In this document: piece by piece, positions 40,952-54,067 of the stretch | Position numbering within the stretch: position 1 is the first letter of the stretch | How the letters are laid out: every line of letters begins with the position of its first letter | NCBI GenBank assembly: GCA_001642005.1 | Contig: LWCA01000105.1 | Location: 1 to 54,067 of the forward strand | Reading direction: 5' to 3' | DNA from: Intoshia linei | Taxonomy: Eukaryota > Animalia > Orthonectida | DNA length: 54,067 nt | Made by a program: the position numbers and the translations under genes | Notes under the pieces: generated by a model | Seen by the model: the letters and a program-made list of their open reading frames with translations, nothing else | Database searches by the model: none | Told to the model about the DNA's origin: nothing

Positions 40952-43630
40952 TTATTTGATCTGTTTGGGTTTATTGCTATTTATAAGACTATCGACAATG
41001 TTGTGTAATTTTTCTTTTTCGTTTTTTAAATTTCCAATAGGAATCTGCAAAAATATTTTAATTTAAAACAAAAAATATAAACCTTTTCCCTTGGACCCTT
41101 AGATTTTTTCATGTGTTTATTGAGATTTTTAGGTTTTTCGTTATATTTTCCAATTGAAGCATTAGATTTAGCTATTACAGAAAGATTGCTTTTTAGTTTT
41201 TGTCTTTTGTCCTTATATGTAGAGGTTCTTTCTATATTTTTCATTTGTTTAAAAGAATTTTTGGCAATTTTTTCAGATCTTATATTGCTACGTTTTTCAA
41301 ATTGATCTTCGTACGGATTTGCATTATTGGGGACTTCAATAAGCCAATCTTTATCATTCGTATTGGATTTAGATTTATATCCCCAACGAGGAAGCCATTT
41401 CTAAAAACAAATAAAAACGATCCCAAAAAACTAACTCTGCTATTATCATCCCAAACGTTACGGGTGCGTTTCTTTTTTTGAATTCCCTTTAATTTTGCAA
41501 ATTTATCCCATTTTGTATCTTCTTCTTCTTCATCCCGTATTTTTTCACGTGGGAGTAAAATTAATGGATTTTCAGTCTTTAAATTAAGATAAATAAATAA
41601 TAAAAAAGGTGGAGATTTACCTTTTTTATTCTTCCAATTTCATCAACAGATTTTAACTAAATATTAAAACAAAATTAACATAATAAATATGTAATTTTAA
41701 ACACGTAATGCAGGGTTTGTCCGCATTTTCACCCGGACCAATAATGTACCATAAAAATGCTCACGGGTCACTAAAACGAAATTACTAGGAAAAATTTAAA
41801 AATATACGATAATCATATATCAATTTAATAATTATAATATTTAATGTAGTTCAATTTTTAAGAACCATTTCCATGGTAAAATTATTTCAAGAGCTGGCAT
41901 TTAGGAACCGCTGACGTAAAAGCTTTGCCTTCGGGTGGTACACATTACATTAATTATAATTAATAAATAATTATTCATCTTTGACCCGGGCTGGTTTTAA
42001 TGTTTATATTTTGATATTCACAAAAAAAATTAATAAAAATTTAATTTTAAAAATTGACGCAACGCCGTGTATAATTAGATATAAACATTTTGAAAATTCA
42101 CCATCAACTACAAAACCAGCATCAACTGTAGAAAACTTTCAGATTTCTTGTGATTAATTTTAATGAATAAAATAATGATATCGTTTGAATTATTATCGTA
42201 CATAGATCATAATGAACTTAATATGCAACGTTTTTAGTTAGTATCCATCCCGAGAATAAAAACGTTTGGTGGCCTCTGAGATCGAAGCTGAAACTATCCT
42301 GATCGAAACAACTAAAAATCAGAAATATGCACCTAACAAAATTCAAAAATAGCAAGATGCGTAATGTCATAGAGCCCCTAATCAAGTATCCAGTCTGGAT
42401 TTTAAATTTTAAATTTCGCGCAAAATAGTGACATTTAAAAATATAATTTCGGGAAATGTTCATTTTACAAAAATTAAAGCTCCCGAAGTATCGGACAGTT
42501 CGGCTCTGCCTTTAGTAGAATACATATCTGACTCAGATAAAATGACATTTTCATGGCGTGTATTTATAGCGTCAGTATTTTTCTTACTGATTTGTCAGTA
42601 TTGTAAATGGTTTGTCAGTATTTAAATTGAAAGGGCAGTAAAAAAAATTATTTTGTCAGTACTTTACATATACTGTCAGCATTTAAATTGAATGTTCTAT
42701 ATAAAATGAAACTGACAAAAAATGCTTTTGTAAAATATATATAATATATATATATATATAAAATAAATATATGGAAATAATAATATGTTCTCATAAAAAA
42801 ATATTATCTGGTGTGAACACTATAGAATATTTCTAATTTTTTTGTAATATGGTTTGTAGGTATAATATGCTATCTTAATATTTCAGTTTTAACTTTGGTC
42901 TGTAGTGGATGATATATTATTCCAAAAACTAGATTTTTAATTTTTATACTGACACGTTACAGATGTTACAGCACGTGCTGATATTAATACCATCAAAATT
43001 TAGAAAATATTTTATTTATGTAAAATACTCTATTGCTAAGTTTCCAGATGTTGGGATTTTATAGATAAAGCCTAAACGACAGCTAAATTATTATTTTAAA
43101 AATCCAACTTTTATCCCACCATTAATAAAATGCAATAATATTTAATAAAAATACTACTTCAAGCCCTATTTAAAAATCCCGTTCTTACGATTTTAAAAAA
43201 AACCTTTTCTGAAAAAACTTTTAATCCAACCCCAAAAAAAATTGAATTTTACCAACCCTTAAGTCTTTTAAGTTAAGATAAAATCTCTACACTTACATTT
43301 TGTTGAAAACTTTGATTTTATCAAACTTAACGAGAAAAAACTATTAATCCAACCACAAAATATAAACCAAAAAATCGTGTTACTGTTAATATTTTGACAG
43401 AACGGAAGCAGTTTATATGATTACCTTATTTAAAGAAGAAAATAATTTTCCAATTAAAGTGTGTGCCATACTATCTAAATATTCACTTCGATTTTTGCTA
43501 AAATAGTAGTTAAAATATATTTTAACAGTAATTACTTCATTTTTTCTTTATTTAAAATTTCATCATTTGTCAATACGACACGAGAACTGTCTATGATTTC
43601 TCCAAATTCGGAATTTTCGATATTAATCAT
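40952..43630 (-). CDS. RRS1: Ribosome biogenesis regulatory protein
   Basis: Approximate exons: 43630-43536, 43497-43425, 41656-41621, 41577-41435, 41401-41083, 41044-40952. Motifs: LLPREK, TKWDKFAKLKGIQKKKR, VWDD, WLPRWGYK, DWLIEVP, NPYEDQF, SNASIGKY. The 5' exons are less certain. Confidence 0.88.
41711..41913. mobile_element. hAT MITE with 8-bp TSD
   Basis: CAGGGTTTG...GGAACCGCTG; flanks acgtaatg / acgtaaaa (6/8); internally similar to 17850-18054. Confidence 0.65.
42531..42828 (+). repeat. TGTCAGTA-rich ~270-bp element, copy 1 (RRS1 intron)
   Basis: Near-identical reverse complement of 44431-44696; this copy has an extra (TA)n-rich expansion at about 42735-42770. Confidence 0.9.
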
Positions 43631-44083
43631 CGCACGTGAATTATATTTTTTACAAAATAGTGTTTATTTTAAAAAAATAAATGTTACCTTGGAAATTTAT
43701 TTTAATTTTAATCGCAAATAATTGATAAATGTATATCAATTACATGTGGAACATACTGGTCTAAATAAAATGCAACCTACGGCCGCCACATATCTCTGAA
43801 TCTTAACCTGTTAGTTATTCTCTTATACTATTCTATTATATTCTGTTAGTTTATACTGTAATTTACATTCAAAATTTCGCGGACCACTATCAATGCGAAA
43901 TTACCTTTTAGTTGAATATTACATTTTTCATAAAGACGGAAGGGTCGGCGCATTGTACTTGAGTACTATCACTCTGTATATGATACTGTACACTGATACT
44001 TCTATGTACTGCTGTTTTTATAGAATCGTTTCTGAGATGTACAACAAATTTAAATAACAAAAATTAAACATTTATATACAAAA

Positions 44084-49811
<5,728 letters not shown>

Positions 49812-50093
49812 AAAGTAATATTTTAAAAATATAAAATATAAACTTTATTCAACATAATAAATTCACTATTGTTGTGGCAACACTGGACATTACAGTGTAA
49901 TTATTGCATTACCATAAATAATTTGTAAACAAACACAAATCATAGACTGAATCACAGTCTTAGATTAACGACATCAATTAATTTAAAAATAAAATATACT
50001 CAAAATTGTCTCCAAGTTAACAATAAAAATATAGATATATTCATATTAACTAGGAATATTTATTTGAATTTACACTTAATAATTTACTTAAGC
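49812..50093. promoter_or_regulatory. Probable bidirectional promoter between KAT2 and ZPR1
   Basis: Only 282 bp separate the two divergent start codons. Confidence 0.6.
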
Positions 50094-52327
50094 ATGGATT
50101 CACAATCACCAAAAATTGGAGAAACTATTTCGTACACTCAATTAAAAGACAATGTAACCAATATCCAAAGCCTTTGCCCCAATGTATTTACGTAGTTTAT
50201 GTTTTATAAAAATTTTTAGTGTTTTAAAACGGGAGAAACTAAATTATTACTTTCAAAAATAAAACATTTTGGTGATATTATTATATCATCTTTTATTTGT
50301 GATCATTGTCATTTAAAAAATACGGACGTATCACCCTCCATCCCTATTCAAAGTAGTGGAACAAGAATAGAAATAACAATTACTACTAAAGCTGACATGA
50401 ATCGTCAGGTCGTTAAAACTAAATACGCACGTATTATTGTACCTGTATTGGAATTTGAACGGGAACCTAGTTATGGAGGTTTCACTTATAATTTATAATT
50501 AATTGCAATATTTTTATTAGAAATTACTACTATTGAAGGTTTGTTGAGCAATGCTATTATTCATATAAATAAAAATGCAAAAATAATTGCTGTAATTTAT
50601 AATTTTTCTTATATAATTGTATTAGAAAGGCAACCCAGATGTTATCCAAAATATTGTCGAATTTGTAGAAAAAATGCAAGATTTAATGAGCGTAAAATCA
50701 AGTTGGCTTTTGGTATATGTTAATTAATTCTAAGACATACATTTAATACATTTTTGAAATCAGTCAACGTATTGCACAGTGTGCAATGTACACTGTCGGT
50801 ACCTTTAATTTTTATGTTATTGAACCCCTATCGTTAAAATCACCTTCAAAGTCAGGCATTAATTATAGAAAATGATTAAAAAAGTATACACTCTCGATTT
50901 TCTGTGGGTCATAGAGCAACCATGTTAACAGTGCTTGTTTGGATGTTATAAAAATATTTCCTAATATTAATCTTTTAATTTCATAATATACATTTTAGAT
51001 AATTGATGATGTTTCTGGAAATAGTTATGTAGAAAATATGTTTTAACAGTTGAAATTCAATAATTTAAATTAAACATTTAGTAAGTACCCAAAAACTGAT
51101 TCAAATTTAATAATTATGCCATACTTTCGAAATAAAGAACAAAATGAGCAAGTTGGAATATTTACACCACAAGTTAATTCAGTTTAATTATATACTAATA
51201 GTCTAGGAGGAATATAAAGTTGGACCGGGTTTCGGAGTTGAGGAAACCATTACTAACGTTACTACTGATGAGGTATTAATTTTTTCAAATATGTTGTACT
51301 ACCCACTTGGTTAATTATAATTTCATCATGTTAGGTAAATTGTATGCAAGTTTCATGTCCAAATTGTGACGCGGTAGGTCAAAATAATGTCAAATTAGTT
51401 GGTAATTCCATTTTATATTTTTAATTTAGTTTTAATTTTCAACATAGACATTCCGTTTTTCAAAGAAATTATTTTAATGGCATTTTGTTGTGATGAATGT
51501 GGTTTTAGGGATAGTGAAGTTAAAGGTGGTTTATCATTTGATGAAAAAGGAAAAAGGCTTACATTAACAATCACTAAAAAAAATGATCTTTCTCGTGATT
51601 TTCTTACTGTAATTTTAATTTAATTTACAAGAAATATTTTAACAAGTTAAACCTTATCTTATGCGTTATTTCATAATAATAAAAATTACATTACAATAGA
51701 TAAAATCTATTTTTAGCGTAATGTATAATTGTGCAATGTACATTGTATTGAATTATGATTTTTTTGTTACTTAGATCAGATCGGAAACTAAAGCTTTATT
51801 CACCATTTGATGCGTCCTTTTTAGTTATTTTAAATGATTTCGGAGTTTAGAATAAAAATAATTAATTACACCAAACAGGAACAGGGGTTTGAGTTTAAAC
51901 AATAAAGTCAAATTTTACTTTTAACAATTACATTTTAAAATTATTTTACCAACTTATTTATCTATATATTTCCATCATATTTTATCTAAAAATCTTAAAT
52001 GGGGATCCTGTTTTGGACTTAATCATGATTATTCATATAATTAATTTTGATGAGATTTTGTAGGCTCATATAGGATCGATCTTTAAATAGACTATTTTAT
52101 ATTTGTTAATTGCGGATTATGAATTGTGAAATCTATTTTGCCATAGTATATTTTTAAAAATTCAGTCTTGTTTCCAATTTTAATATATAATTAATTATAT
52201 AATATTTTTGATTTAGTCTGAATTTTGTACAATTACCATACCTGAAATTGATGTTGATACAAGTTCCATGGAATTCTCAGGACATTTCACCACTGTTGAA
52301 GGATTTTTAAAGGACTTAGCAAATAAA
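50094..52327 (+). CDS. ZPR1: Zinc finger protein ZPR1 (3' end lies beyond the window)
   Basis: First finger: SLCPNC, GETKLLLSKIKHFGDIIISSFICDHC, DMNRQVVK, ITTIEGLL, IIDDVSGNSYVEN. Second finger: CPNC...IPFFKEIILMAFCCDECGFRDSEVK, DLSRD, FTTVEG. The last visible exon is 52217-52327. Confidence 0.93.
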
Positions 52328-53483
52328 GTAAACTTTTATTTTATACTAACTTGGTTGTTATCTATAAACAGCACCTAGGTCTGCCGAGGACGAACTTTTT
52401 TAATTCTAACAAAAAAATTATACTAAGTACCAGGGATTGGAATTAATTGCTTTATGAAAAATAAAAAATTTCAATTAATTGAAGATTGATAACAATATCA
52501 TAATCACTTTTAAAAAACTTTCATGTTGTTATAATGAATATAGTAGGATGATGTTTGTTATCATCATTATCATAAAAGTCAAGCTAGTAGGTTAAATACA
52601 TCATTTTTCTGGTGACAAACGCGTTTCTATTTTTCTAAAATTGCATAGAATAATAAAAAGTTGTTAATATTTTATACAGTGTCAAACTATTTTATTTGCA
52701 CAATAGTATTTAGAGAATATTTTCATATTATTTATTTTATTTCTTACTTCGAATTTGGAAATAAATAAAGCATGGTGGGACTGTAATACGCTACAACGAG
52801 TGTTAACAGTGTCAACTTGACACCTTATATTGTATTATTATAAATTATAGTGTATAATTATTAATTTAATTTTTTTATCCAACCATTCGTCAATAAAAGG
52901 ATTGAATTTATATTTTTTCAGTTTTATGAAAAAAACCAATCAATTGAAAATTATCTTTTCATTTGTCAATTAATTGAAAAATTAATATTTTGCAAACAAT
53001 TAATTGGTTTATACAAAATAATTGATTGCAATCCATTATTTCCAATTTCTGCTAAGTACTATTGAATATTGCTAACCTTTTAAAGAAGTGGTTCCTAAAC
53101 TTGTTTCACCCTAAACCTGTCATTTCATATTAAATATAAAGTGAATTATCCCTACTTAATTTTATTTTTTTAACATTTGTGTAAAGAATTTTAAAAAAAA
53201 TTTAAATATTTTTATCCAATTTATCTTGGCACGTAAGCTATGCATTAACTCTTTTTGTATTTTTTTATAATATTTTGAAACGCACATCGATAAATACTAA
53301 AGGTTTTACTTATATATACCCTGTCTTTTTGTTCCTTGCATTAAGACACGGCATTATATCTTTTTTGTCATTTATTCGCGTCATTTACTAAACAAATAAT
53401 TATTTTAAATTTATAGATCATCAGTAATTTATTAGTTTTTTTTTTTATGGATATTTAATTAATTTTAATTAAAATTATCAAGG

Positions 53484-53692
53484 TGCCTAAGACTTATGTC
53501 GTCAATATTTTTAATATTGCAAACAAAACCGTATTAAAATGTATCTTTTTATAGGTAGTTTATGACAACATCATGGTTATATATTGGTGAGATCATTCTT
53601 TAATTAGTCTGATATTTAATTCGCCTTATGAACTTTATAGTGGTTTTTAATGAGAATGTGTAGGATGCCTAAGACTTATGTCACGCACTGTA
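53484..53692. mobile_element. Right end of a Tc1/mariner-like element with IR-DR structure
   Basis: 17-bp direct repeat TGCCTAAGACTTATGTC at 53484 and 53666; the outer copy is followed by ACGCACTG|TA (Tc1-type CAGTG terminus plus TA). Confidence 0.6.
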
Positions 53693-54067
53693 TTTGAATC
53701 GGAACCACTACTCTGGAACCAGCTTAAATAATTGATGAATAATATCTTTTTTTATAACACTTATAAATATAATAATCACATCTACTTTTAAGTTATTTTG
53801 TAAATTACACAATTAAAAATAAATGTATCATTTGTGCATATTCATTGTCAACAAATATATTAGGTCGTTTCATAAGTAATGTCGTTTTTTTAACAAAATT
53901 AAAAAGTTTATTTGATTACATTAAAAATAAAGTTATATTATAAAATATTCAACATTGCTTTCCAGTCTTTTTCCAACATTCCGGTAGTCTATTTATACCA
54001 TTAGCATAAAAAATCGCTTCTTTATTGAACAAAAACTTTTCTATGTCCAATTTTAACCCTTCATTTG

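Noticed and set aside
18578-41481. Short plus-strand ORFs opposite real exons (18578, 20494, 24852, 32838, 32849, 33489, 40595, 41111, 41200)
   Set aside because: These are antisense shadows of vWA or RRS1 coding exons.
42560-42720. CRISPR-like periodic GTCAGTA repeats
   Set aside because: Motifs are only 7-8 bp with ~12-bp gaps, there are no cas genes, and the context is a eukaryotic intron.
49868-49885. RFX X-box in the KAT2/ZPR1 promoter (gttgtggcaac)
   Set aside because: Only one good half-site, which is not enough support.

Overview
Very AT-rich genomic DNA from a compact-genome eukaryote, an animal judging by the gene content. Many introns are tiny (about 30-45 nt, GT-AG); the few long ones are filled with DNA-transposon debris. 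This style fits a reduced parasite such as an orthonectid (Intoshia), which is inference and not proven. Nine spliced genes were reconstructed by hand. On +: RBBP5, a short cystathionine beta-synthase and an SLC35F3/F4-like transporter. On -, six co-oriented genes in transcription order: KAT2 (GCN5/PCAF), RRS1, a secreted 7xvWA/2xEGF protein, a furin/kexin-family proprotein convertase, a secreted 2xvWA protein and a secreted 6xvWA/2xEGF protein. ZPR1 (+) is divergent from KAT2 and runs off the window. The most notable structure is the 26-kb cluster of three paralogous secreted multi-vWA genes (15 vWA domains) with an atypical convertase embedded in it; the convertase ends in a GPI-signal-like tail. 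The CBS has neither the heme ligands nor the Bateman module. Introns carry several hAT MITEs with 8-bp TSDs, hAT and pogo/Tigger transposase relics, a Tc1-like IR-DR end and a dispersed ~30-bp A/T-tract minisatellite. Exon coordinates were read by eye and may be off by a few bases.
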